Part shown: piece by piece, positions 39,506-48,346 of the stretch
Numbering within the stretch: the stretch's first letter is position 1
Layout of the letters: every line of letters starts with the position of its first letter
Origin: an uncultured delta proteobacterium
Lineage (GTDB): Bacteria; Desulfobacterota; Binatia; DP-6
Direction of reading: 5' to 3'
Assembly (NCBI GenBank): GCA_963815115.1
Contig: CAWFFN010000008.1
Location: 704,001-768,000 of the forward strand
Length of the DNA stretch: 64,000 nt
Notes under the pieces: generated by a model
Told to the model about the DNA's origin: nothing
Databases searched by the model: none
The model's input: only the letters and a program-made list of their open reading frames with translations
Position numbers and translations under genes: made by a program

Positions 39506-40477
39506 ATGCTACGGAGGGTCGTGGCTCTCGCGCCGCGCCTCGAGGGCAGCATCTGGCTCCGCCACGGACGCTCGATCGGCTTCGCCGAGTACGGCGTTCC
39601 GCTCGGCACGCCCGTGCTGTGGTTCCACGGCACCCCGGGCGGGCGTCACCAGATTCCGCCCGCGGTGCGGCTCGCCGCCGGGCAGCGTGGCGTGCGGCTG
39701 ATCGCTCTCGAACGACCCGGCGTGGGCACCTCGACACGGCACGTCTACTCTTCGGTCCTCGGATGGGCAGACGACGTGGAGGAGGTGACGAATCATCTCG
39801 GCCTGCCGCGCTTCGCCCTGATCGGCCTCTCTGGGGGCGGCCCCTACGTGCTCGCGTGCGCATATCGACTCCCCGAACGCGTGGTGGCGGGCGCGGTGCT
39901 GGGCGGCGTCGCGCCGGCGCGCGGCGACGACGCGATCCCGGGCGGATTGATGGCCGTGGCGGTCGCCCTCTCCCCCGTCCTCGAGGCCGCGCGGGAGCCG
40001 CTCGGCCACCTCGTGTGGCGTCTCTTCCGAACCCTCGGGCCGATCTCCTCGGAAGCCTTCGACGCCTTCATCCGGTTCCTGCCGGAAGGGGATCAGGTGG
40101 TGTACCGGCGGCCCGAGATGAAGGCGATGTTCCTCGACGACCTGGACCGCGCGTCGCGCCGGCAGCTGCACGCCCCGATCTACGACATCCTCCAGTTCAC
40201 CCGGCCCTGGGGGTTCTCGCTGCGCGACGTGCACGTGCCGATCCGCTTCTGGCATGGTGACGCCGATCCCATCGTGCCCCTCGTACACGCCGAGCACATG
40301 GCGGCGCTGGTCCCGGATGCCGCTTTGCGGGTGCGCGCCGGCGAGGGACACATCGGGAACCTCGACGCGGCGCACGAGGTATTGGACGCGATCCTCGGCC
40401 TGTGGGACAGGGCGCCCGGGTCGGATGTGCGAGAGGCAGGCACGACGACACCCGCGGACGCACGCGAGTCGCGTTGA
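39506..40477 (+). CDS. Alpha/beta hydrolase
   Basis: WFHGTPG, GLSGGGPY, WHGDAD, GEGH. Confidence 0.88.
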   Translation: MLRRVVALAPRLEGSIWLRHGRSIGFAEYGVPLGTPVLWFHGTPGGRHQIPPAVRLAAGQRGVRLIALERPGVGTSTRHVYSSVLGWADDVEEVTNHLGLPRFALIGLSGGGPYVLACAYRLPERVVAGAVLGGVAPARGDDAIPGGLMAVAVALSPVLEAAREPLGHLVWRLFRTLGPISSEAFDAFIRFLPEGDQVVYRRPEMKAMFLDDLDRASRRQLHAPIYDILQFTRPWGFSLRDVHVPIRFWHGDADPIVPLVHAEHMAALVPDAALRVRAGEGHIGNLDAAHEVLDAILGLWDRAPGSDVREAGTTTPADARESR

Positions 40478-41766
40478 GTCTCGACGACCACACGTGCGGC
40501 TGGATCGCGCAGCTTCCGGCGCCGCCACCTCCACGGCCGCTCGCTGGCCGCGAGCGCGCGGACTGCATCGTGATCGGCGCCGGGTTCACCGGGCTCGCGG
40601 CCGCCCGCCAGCTCGCCCTGCACAGGCCGGACTGGCGCATCGTCGTGCTCGAGGCCCGGCGGGTCGGATCGGGAGCGTCCGCGCGGAATTCGGGGTTCAT
40701 CGTCGATCTGGGCCACTTCGTCCCTGCGGTCGGTGTCGACGGCAACCGGCGAATGGCCCGCATCGCTCGTGCCGGGCTCGACCGGCTCCGCGCACTCGTG
40801 CGGGCGCATGACATCGAGTGCACGTGGACCGAGGGCGGCCGCCTGCACGGAGCAGCCAGCGACGTGGGGTTGCGAGCGCTCGAGCGCTTCCTGCGGGGCC
40901 TGGACGCCATGGGCGAGCCGTACGACGCGCTCGATGCGGCCGCGATGGCGACGCGCACGGGGACGGGCCACTACCGCGCCGGCGCGCACACGCGCGGCAC
41001 GGTGACCATGCAGCCGGCCGCCTTGGTGCGCGGGATCGCGAGCACCCTGCCGGAGAATGTGGAGATCTTCGAGGACTCGGCCGTCGCGCGCGTCGGAGGC
41101 GGGCGGCCGTTCCACCTCACCGTCGCCGGCGGCGGGGAGATCGCCGGTGACCGCCTCTTCCTCGCCGCGAATGCGTACACCCCGGCGCTGGGCTTCCTGC
41201 GCCGGCGCATGTTTCCGCTCTTCACCTTCGCCAGCCTGACGCGCGTGCTCACGCGCGACGAGCAGTCGACCCTCGGGGGGGCTGTCGAGTGGGGCCTCGT
41301 CCCCGAGGAGCCCATGGGCACGACCGTCCGCCGCACCCGCGACCAGCGCATCCTCGTGCGCAACACGGTGCACTACGCGCCCAGCTTGCGGGTGAGCGCC
41401 CGGGTGCTGGGCGCGGTTCGCACGGCTCACCGGCGCACGTTCCTCGAGCGCTTCCCGATGCTCCAGAAAGTCGAGCTCGAGTACACCTGGGGCGGCGCCA
41501 TGGGAATCACGCTGAACGGCGCCCACTACTTCGGCCGGCTGGGTCGGAATCTCTACGCCGCCGCAGGCTGCAACGGGGTCGGGGTCGCGCTCGGCACGGC
41601 AAGCGGCGCGCTGCTCGCCGACCTGGCGGTTGCCGCCGACTCGGACCTGCTGCGCGACATCCTGGCCCTGCCGCGACCGTCCTGGATCCCGCCCGAGCCG
41701 TTCCTGGGCGTCGGCCTGCGTCCGGTGTTGGGGTTCCTGCGCCGGCGCGCGCGGAGCGAGCTCTGA
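40474..41766 (+). CDS. FAD-dependent oxidoreductase (DAO/PuuB-like)
   Basis: IGAGFTG, GASARNSGF, GCNGVG. Confidence 0.88.
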   Translation: MSLDDHTCGWIAQLPAPPPPRPLAGRERADCIVIGAGFTGLAAARQLALHRPDWRIVVLEARRVGSGASARNSGFIVDLGHFVPAVGVDGNRRMARIARAGLDRLRALVRAHDIECTWTEGGRLHGAASDVGLRALERFLRGLDAMGEPYDALDAAAMATRTGTGHYRAGAHTRGTVTMQPAALVRGIASTLPENVEIFEDSAVARVGGGRPFHLTVAGGGEIAGDRLFLAANAYTPALGFLRRRMFPLFTFASLTRVLTRDEQSTLGGAVEWGLVPEEPMGTTVRRTRDQRILVRNTVHYAPSLRVSARVLGAVRTAHRRTFLERFPMLQKVELEYTWGGAMGITLNGAHYFGRLGRNLYAAAGCNGVGVALGTASGALLADLAVAADSDLLRDILALPRPSWIPPEPFLGVGLRPVLGFLRRRARSEL

Positions 41767-41941
41767 CCGGAACTCGCTCGGAGTGCGCGATTCGGTCGGA
41801 AGGAGCGATATCGTCAAGAGTGGTGGATCGCCTGAAGGACGGCTCCAGCCCGAGCTAGCGTCTTCGGCACCATCGGAGGCGAGGACAGCGTTGACAGAGC
41901 CGCCCCTGCCCCTACGCTATGCAAGTAGGACTTTCGTACCC

Positions 41942-42243
41942 ATGGCAAGCGCTGCAACCAAGGTTGGGCCGAAGTTCCAGGTCACTATCCCGAAGAACGT
42001 TCGAGATGCGGTCGGCCTCAAGGTGGGCGACCTGGTCGAGCCTCCGTGGGACGTGACGGTATCGTCCTTCGCCAGAAAGTTCTCATCGACAAGCCAGTCA
42101 GCCTGACGCGGCAACTCGAGGAGTCAGAAGCGGCAGTGAAGGCGGGGAGGGTCCTCGGACCGTTCAGGTCGGCCGGCGCCGCAATGAAGGCCGTGAGGGC
42201 CCATGCGCGCCGTCCTGACCGAAACCGTTCGCCGCTGATCTGA
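41942..42243 (+). pseudogene. AbrB/MazE antitoxin, frameshifted
   Basis: KVGPKFQVTIPKNVRDAVGLKVGDLVE, shift near 42040, GIVLRQK..LEESEAAVKAG. Confidence 0.75.
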
Positions 42244-42450
42244 TCGCGAGTCCACCGGAGGTCCAGAAGGTCTTCGGCAAGCAGCTCGCCAACCTCCTCC
42301 GCGACCTGCGCCACCCCTTTCCTGCGAGCGAAGAAGTGCGAGGAGCGCACGGGCCGCTGGTAAGCCCGGATCAACGACGACTGGCGCATGTACTTCACCA
42401 TCGAGAGGGACGCCTATGTGCTGCGAGCGATCACCCCGCACCCCAACTTG
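42203..42450 (+). pseudogene. RelE-like toxin, multiply disrupted
   Basis: PEVQKVFGKQLANLLRDLRHP..RINDDWRMYFTIE..ITPHP with stops and shifts. Confidence 0.7.
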
Positions 42451-42511
42451 CTCGCTCCCTCGCGCGCTCCGCGACGCTCGTCAAAGCGTCGCGGTCGCGC
42501 TCTCCCCCTTG

Positions 42512-42682
42512 GAATCAGTGGGTCACTGCCCTGCGTACGCATCGGTCAGTCTCCCATCCAGTCACCATGCCCATGCCTGCCCGTGCCTGCCGGTGGCTCA
42601 GCGCTGACGCCTAACCGTCGAATCTTCCAAGAAACGAGCACCCGCCGGAACCTCCCGGCAACCTCCTGCGTCCTTTCGTAAT
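42512..42682 (+). repeat. att-like repeat copy 3, cut at the anticodon loop
   Basis: Aligns to copies 1 and 2 up to TTCGTAAT (42675-42682), then diverges. Confidence 0.88.
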
Positions 42683-42774
42683 TCGTTCCGACCCACTGAT
42701 GGAAAATCAGTGAGTCGGCGCGGTCTTCGTAACGCGAGCGAATCCGCTCACCGCAATGTACACAAGTTGCGGCC

Positions 42775-43065
42775 TTGAGTTTCCATCGCGTAGCATCAGC
42801 TGAAGTGAGGAGAGCGCGCGACAGCCATGATGGCACGGATGCATCGGACCATCCAGCGCACGCTGGCCGTTCACCCGCGCGCCTTCTCCGATGCCGAGAG
42901 GTCTGCGCACGCACGGGACTGTCTCGGACAACACTCTGGCGTCTGGAGTGTCGGGGGCAATTTCCTTCCAGCCGCCAACTCACCACGAACACGGTGGGGT
43001 GGCTGGAGGCCGAGGTTGAAGATTGGATCGCGACCCGTGTGTCCCGCCGTGAGCGCCACAAATGA
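42775..43065 (+). CDS. AlpA-family regulator/excisionase
   Basis: RLLRCREVCARTGLSRTTLWRLE..FPSSRQL..VGWLEAEVEDWI; start uncertain. Confidence 0.85.
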   Translation: MSFHRVASAEVRRARDSHDGTDASDHPAHAGRSPARLLRCREVCARTGLSRTTLWRLECRGQFPSSRQLTTNTVGWLEAEVEDWIATRVSRRERHK

Positions 43066-43169
43066 GGTGACGGTGATTCGTCCGATATCCTTTGCGGCGT
43101 GGCACCTCCCGTCACGGAGCGAAGCCTTCCGGCGGTGGCCGGTACCAGCGCCTTCACCTTCCCCACTCC

Positions 43170-43487
43170 TCACCCGAACAGACGATGCGGCCCGCGAAAC
43201 ACCTCCTTGCGGTGCCACGTCGCAAACTCCGCGCGGACCGGTGGCACGCCCGCTTGCGGCCCCACAAGGGGCGCACCGCTGACCCGAAGGAAGCGGGCCT
43301 CCCATTCCCCGCCGCCCCGGAAGCCGCGGGACACGAGCACTTTCTGACCGTCGAGATCGCGATCGCTCTGAGGTCGAACGCCTTGTGGTGCAACGAACAG
43401 AGGGAGAGACCGTTCGCGACCACGTCTGGGCCGCCGTGCGAGAACCACTTCACGTGCGCGGCCTCGATGCCGACGCTGATCTTCCCA
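43170..43487 (-). pseudogene. Second copy of the HNH nuclease 3' fragment
   Basis: IEAAHVKWFSHGGPDVVANGLSLCSLHHKAFD..WHRKEVFRGP, near-duplicate of 29990-30305. Confidence 0.8.
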
Positions 43488-43522
43488 AGCTGGACGTCGC
43501 CGGTTCGACCCTGGCCGCCGCT
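43481..43522 (+). repeat. tRNA-Gly(CCC) 3' half, degenerate
   Basis: CTTCCCAAGCTGGACGTCGCCGGTTCGACC identical to 10766-10795. Confidence 0.8.
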
Positions 43523-43584
43523 CTCTCGCAAGCTTGGATCCGCCCGGGGGGGTCGATCGCCGTGTGGCCCGGCTCCCGGAGCGG

Positions 43585-44169
43585 TCATGAGTCGCGGGCG
43601 ACACTCTTGAGCCCTTTCGCCACCGTCTCGAGTACCCGTCGTGAAAGCGATTCCTCGCCGACCGCGCGTGCGAGGATCAGCGCGCCCACCATTGCCGAGA
43701 AGAGCTGAATCGCCACGTCGTGGCGTCGTGATGCCGCCTTCGCCGGGACCAGGCCGGCGAGGACCTCGAGACCCTCCTCGAGTCTCTTCGTGAAGACTTC
43801 CCGGGCCTTCCTCGACTGCCGAGGGAGATCGGAGCCGAGGGCTGCGACGGCGCACCCCTTGCCGAGCGCATTTCGATGGCGCGGCGACAGGTAGCCGTCG
43901 ATGATGCTCTCGAGGGCGCGACGCTTGTCGGCTCCGCTGGCGCCCTGCACCCACAACGCGTTCGACTCGTCCAGGACCAGGCGCAAGGCCTCCACGACGA
44001 CGGCCTCCTTCGATCCGAACTGGCTGTAGAAGGCACCGTGCGTGAGGCCGGCGGCCTCCGTGATGGCATCGACGCCGGCGCCGTCAATCCCGTGTTCCCG
44101 GAAAAGCCGCGCTGCCGCGGTGAGGATCCGTTGGCGATTTTCGGCCGCCGCCTGCCTGGATACACGCAC
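43585..44169 (-). CDS. TetR/AcrR regulator
   Basis: RLFREHGIDGAGVDAITEAAGLTHGAFYSQFGSKE; divergent from operon. Confidence 0.92.
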   Translation of the reverse strand: MRVSRQAAAENRQRILTAAARLFREHGIDGAGVDAITEAAGLTHGAFYSQFGSKEAVVVEALRLVLDESNALWVQGASGADKRRALESIIDGYLSPRHRNALGKGCAVAALGSDLPRQSRKAREVFTKRLEEGLEVLAGLVPAKAASRRHDVAIQLFSAMVGALILARAVGEESLSRRVLETVAKGLKSVARDS

Positions 44170-44189
44170 GAGATGGTCCTCCGTCGCCC

Positions 44190-44218
44190 TTGACTCGTTT
44201 GATGGCGCTCGTCATGAT
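44190..44218 (+). promoter_or_regulatory. Sigma70-type promoter with overlapping imperfect palindrome (probable TetR operator)
   Basis: TTGACT-17 bp-CATGAT; TGATGGCGCTCGTCAT lies in the spacer. Confidence 0.55.
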
Positions 44219-44309
44219 TCGGTCGCTGATTGGTGACGGGCGTAATGAAACCCATACTTAGCCATCGGCCGCGAGGATCGCAAGCGCCTCGCGAGCGCCG
44301 GGAGGATCC

Positions 44310-46637
44310 ATGGCGGACTGGAAGCAAACGTTCTGCATCCTCTGCTACGTGAACTGCGGCCTCGAGGTCGCGACGGAGGGGGGCAAGATCACCCGGGTGC
44401 GGGGCGATCGCGCGAACGCGCGCTCGCAAGGATACCTCTGCCAGAAGCCGCAGCGCCTGCAGTGGTACGGCGACCACGCCGACCGCCTGACGATGCCGCT
44501 TCGCCGCCGCCCCGACGGCACGCACGAGGCGATCTCGTGGGAGACGGCGTTCACCGAGATCGCCGCCCGCCTGAACGCGATCCGCGCCGAGCACGGCGGT
44601 GAGGCGTTCGCGTTTTACGGCGGCGGTGGGCAAGGCAACCACCTCGGCGGCACGGGCTTCCTGGCGCTTCAGGGCGCGCTCGGCGCGACCAAGTACTTCA
44701 ACGCGCTCTCGCAGGAGAAGACCGGTGATTTCTGGGTGAACGGGCGGCTCTACGGCAATCAGCTCTGCCACACGGCGGAGGACGTCGAGCACACGGACCT
44801 GCTCGTGGTGCTCGGATGCAATCCCTGGATGTCGAACGGCTTCCAGGGGGCGCGGAACGAAGTGAACGAGATCAAGAAGGCGCCCGGCCGTCGCATGATC
44901 GTCATCGACCCCCGCCGTACGGAGGTCGCAGACGTCGCCGACATCCACTTGCCGCTCCGACCCGGCACGGACGCCTTCCTGCTCGCGGCGATCCTGGCGA
45001 TCATTCTCAAACGGGGTGGCGAAAACGCCGCGTTCCTTTCCCGGCACACCGTCGGCTGGGAGGACGTTCGGGCGGTGCTCGCCCGCACGCCGATCGAGGC
45101 GTGGGTGGCGCACGCCGGAGTCCCGCTCGCCGACGTCGAGCGCGTGGTCGACATGATCCTCGCGGCGCGCTCGATGGTCGTCAGGGTGGAGCTCGGGATC
45201 CAGCAGAGCCGGCATTCGACGCTGAACTCCTACCTCGAAAAGCTCCTCTACCTCGTGACCGGGAACTTCGGCCGGCCGGGGACGAACGGCATCCATACCT
45301 GGCTCCTCCCGCTCTTTCGCGACTCGCAGGGCGAGCGCTCGAGCGTGACGGGCCAGGAGGTCATCGGCGGCCTCCTGCCGACGAACCGGTTCGCCGACGA
45401 GGTCCTGACCGACGACCCGCGGCGCGTGCGCGCACTCTGGGTCGAATCCACAAACCCGGCGAACACGACCTCGGATACCACCCGCTTCGAGGCCGCGGTT
45501 CGCGCGCTCGACCTCTCTGTCGTCGTCGACGTCGCCTACACGGAGACGGCCGAGCTCGCACACTACGTGCTGCCGGCGGCGGCGCAGTACGAGAAGTGGG
45601 AGACGACGCTCTTCAACTTCGAGTGGCCGCGGAACTTCTTCCACCTCCGCGCCCCGCTCTTCGAGCCGCTTTCGGGGACGCTCCCGGAGCCCGAGATCTA
45701 CGCCCGACTGCTGCGGGCCATGGGCGACCTGCCCGATGGCGACGCGCTCGCCGAGCTGCGTGCGCTGGCCGCGGAGGACCGCGGCAAGATGATGCAGCGC
45801 GCGTTCCAGATGTTCGTCGAGAACCCGAAGCTGGTGCCGGTCGCGCCGATGCTCCTCTACCGGACGCTCGGCCCGACGCTGCCGGACGGCGCGGCGGCGG
45901 CGGCGCCGCTCTATGCAGGCTGCCAGCAGACGGCAATGGAGCATACCGTCGCGGTCCAGCGCGCCCTCGAGACGACCGTGCCTCCGCCGCTCCTCGGCGA
46001 CGCGCTCTTCGAGAAGATGCTCGCCAGTCGCTCGGGCTTCGTCTTCACGGCGCACGAGTACGACGAGATCTTCCAGCTCGTGAAGCACCTCGACGGCAAG
46101 ATTCATCTTGCCGTGCCCGAGCTCCTCGACTGGCTCGCACGGCTCGACCCGGCGGCCGACCAGATCGATCCCGCGTATCCGTTCACGCTGGTCGCCGGGC
46201 AGCGACGGATGCACAACGCGAACCAGATCTTCCGCACCCCGGCCTGGCGGAAGAGCGATCCGGACGGAGCGCTCCGCATCCATCCCGACGACATCGCCGC
46301 GGTCGGCGGAACCGACGGCGGTTGGATGGCGGTGTCGACGCGGACCGGGCGCCTCGTGTGCCGGGTCGAGAGCGACCCGTCCATGCGGCGCGGCCTGGTC
46401 GCGCTGCCGCACGGCTACGGCCAATCGTATCCCGACGGACAGGGCGGCCGCATCGTCGACGGCCCGCGCCTGAACTTCATCACCGCCCACGACGACTGCG
46501 ACCCGATCGCGGCGACCCCGTATCACAAGAACGTCGCTGTCCACCTGGCGCCGGTCATCGGTGCGGAGGCCGAAGCGGCGGAGGCGGCATCCGCACGCGT
46601 GCGGGCGGTCGCGGCGGCACACGTGAACGCGGCATGA
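44310..46637 (+). CDS. Molybdopterin-dependent oxidoreductase with N-terminal 4Fe-4S
   Basis: CILCYVNCG..GYLCQK, IDPRRTE, RPGTD, AHYVLPAA, IHPDD. Confidence 0.9.
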   Translation: MADWKQTFCILCYVNCGLEVATEGGKITRVRGDRANARSQGYLCQKPQRLQWYGDHADRLTMPLRRRPDGTHEAISWETAFTEIAARLNAIRAEHGGEAFAFYGGGGQGNHLGGTGFLALQGALGATKYFNALSQEKTGDFWVNGRLYGNQLCHTAEDVEHTDLLVVLGCNPWMSNGFQGARNEVNEIKKAPGRRMIVIDPRRTEVADVADIHLPLRPGTDAFLLAAILAIILKRGGENAAFLSRHTVGWEDVRAVLARTPIEAWVAHAGVPLADVERVVDMILAARSMVVRVELGIQQSRHSTLNSYLEKLLYLVTGNFGRPGTNGIHTWLLPLFRDSQGERSSVTGQEVIGGLLPTNRFADEVLTDDPRRVRALWVESTNPANTTSDTTRFEAAVRALDLSVVVDVAYTETAELAHYVLPAAAQYEKWETTLFNFEWPRNFFHLRAPLFEPLSGTLPEPEIYARLLRAMGDLPDGDALAELRALAAEDRGKMMQRAFQMFVENPKLVPVAPMLLYRTLGPTLPDGAAAAAPLYAGCQQTAMEHTVAVQRALETTVPPPLLGDALFEKMLASRSGFVFTAHEYDEIFQLVKHLDGKIHLAVPELLDWLARLDPAADQIDPAYPFTLVAGQRRMHNANQIFRTPAWRKSDPDGALRIHPDDIAAVGGTDGGWMAVSTRTGRLVCRVESDPSMRRGLVALPHGYGQSYPDGQGGRIVDGPRLNFITAHDDCDPIAATPYHKNVAVHLAPVIGAEAEAAEAASARVRAVAAAHVNAA

Positions 46638-46653
46638 GTCGCGGAGAGATCCG

Positions 46654-47442
46654 ATGACGACCGAACAGCGAACGCCCGAAGTGCGAATGACCGTCGACGG
46701 TCACGTCTGCGTGATCTCGCTGGACAACATCGCGAAGAAGAACGCCATCACCCCGGAGCTGATGGACCAGCTGTCGAAGCATCTGACGACCTTCGAGAAC
46801 GACGACAGCCTGTGGGTCGCGATCATGGATCCGGCGGGCGAGCACACGACCGCCGGCCTGGACATGCCCAAGTTCTTCGGCCCCACCGCCACGGCGAAGC
46901 CCATCCCGAAGGATCAGGTCGACCCGTTCGCCCTCCACAGACGCACGGCCAAGCCGGTGATCTCCGTGGTGCACGGCATCACCTACACGATCGGGATCGA
47001 GATGATGCTGGCGGGCGACATCGTCATCGCGGCCGACACGGCGCGGTTCTGTCAGCTCGAGTCGAAGCGCGGGATCGCGCCGCTCGGCGGTGCGCACTTC
47101 CGCTATCTGACCCGTACGGGCTGGGGCAACGCGATGTACCACCTGTTCCTCTGCGACGAGTTCGATGCCCAGGAGGCTTTGCGGATCGGGTTCGTGCAGG
47201 AGGTCCATCCGTACGGCAAGCACCGTGAGCGCGCGATGGAGATCGCGCGACGGATTTGCCAGTGCGCGCCCCTCGGGCTGCGGGCGACGAAGAAGGCGGC
47301 GCTGACGTACCTCGAGCAGGGAGAGCGGGCGGCGATCGAGGCCATTCCGTCCATCGAAAAGGCCGTCTTCGCCACCGAGGACTTCAAGGAAGGCGTTCAA
47401 TCCTTCATCGAACGGCGCGAAGCGCGCTTCCAGGGGCGGTGA
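46654..47442 (+). CDS. Enoyl-CoA hydratase/crotonase family
   Basis: KKNAI..AGLD..KPVISVVHG..GIEMML..EDFKEGVQSFIERR. Confidence 0.9.
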   Translation: MTTEQRTPEVRMTVDGHVCVISLDNIAKKNAITPELMDQLSKHLTTFENDDSLWVAIMDPAGEHTTAGLDMPKFFGPTATAKPIPKDQVDPFALHRRTAKPVISVVHGITYTIGIEMMLAGDIVIAADTARFCQLESKRGIAPLGGAHFRYLTRTGWGNAMYHLFLCDEFDAQEALRIGFVQEVHPYGKHRERAMEIARRICQCAPLGLRATKKAALTYLEQGERAAIEAIPSIEKAVFATEDFKEGVQSFIERREARFQGR

Positions 47443-47446
47443 CTCG

Positions 47447-48304
47447 ATGAAGGCCGAGACAGCGCTCGTCACGGGAGCCTCGTCAGGTATCGGCGAAGCA
47501 ACGGCAGCGCGCCTCACGAAGGCCGGCTACAGGGTCTACGGCACCAGCAGGCGTGGAGCCCAGGCGGGCCAGCGACCATTCCCGATGCTGCCGCTCGACG
47601 TGACCAGCGACGACTCCGTCGACGCCGCCGTCAGGGAAGTGATACGGCTGGACGGACGCATCGACCTGCTCGTGAACAACGCCGGCTTCGGTGTCGCTCC
47701 CGCCGGAGCGGAGGAGAGCTCGATCGAACAGGCCCGGGCGATCTTCGATACGAACTTCTTCGGGATCGTCCGGATGACACGAGCTGTGGTGCCCCACATG
47801 CGACGCCAGGGGGGCGGTCGTATCATCAACATCGGCTCCGTGTTGGGCTTCCTACCGGCGCCGTACATGGCGCTCTACTCCGCGAGCAAGCACGCGATCG
47901 AAGGATATTCGGAATCCCTCGACCACGAGCTCCGCACGAGAGGCATCCGGGTCTCAGTCGTCGAGCCTGCGTACACGAGGACACAGTTCGAGGCGAGCTT
48001 GCTGGAACCCGACTCGAAGCTCGACGAGTACGAGGCGGTTCGTGTGGCCTTGAGTAAGAGAATGAAGGACCTGCTCGCGGAGGCCGATGAGCCCGGCGTC
48101 GTCGCCGCCGTGGTGCTGAAGGTCGCTTGCGCGGCGCGCCCGAAGCTCCGATACACAGCGGGTAGCCTCGCGGGTCGCGTGGGGTTGCTGCGCAGATTTG
48201 CACCCGCTCGCCTGGTGGACGCCGGAATTCGAAGAGACCTGCTGCTCGACACGTTGGCGGCATCGCCGCGCCGCATTCCGGTCGTGGCCACGTCGACCCG
48301 GTAG
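47447..48304 (+). CDS. Classical SDR oxidoreductase
   Basis: TGASSGIG, NNAG, YSASK. Confidence 0.92.
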   Translation: MKAETALVTGASSGIGEATAARLTKAGYRVYGTSRRGAQAGQRPFPMLPLDVTSDDSVDAAVREVIRLDGRIDLLVNNAGFGVAPAGAEESSIEQARAIFDTNFFGIVRMTRAVVPHMRRQGGGRIINIGSVLGFLPAPYMALYSASKHAIEGYSESLDHELRTRGIRVSVVEPAYTRTQFEASLLEPDSKLDEYEAVRVALSKRMKDLLAEADEPGVVAAVVLKVACAARPKLRYTAGSLAGRVGLLRRFAPARLVDAGIRRDLLLDTLAASPRRIPVVATSTR

Positions 48305-48346
48305 CCAAGTGCGCGGAGGTGCCATGAGCTCGAGGGGAGATCGAAC

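Noticed and set aside
43677-46622. 981-aa antisense ORF and similar long shadow ORFs (5651-7243, 8331-9791, 56533-58488)
   Set aside because: Opposite to well-supported genes; expected artefact of high GC codon bias
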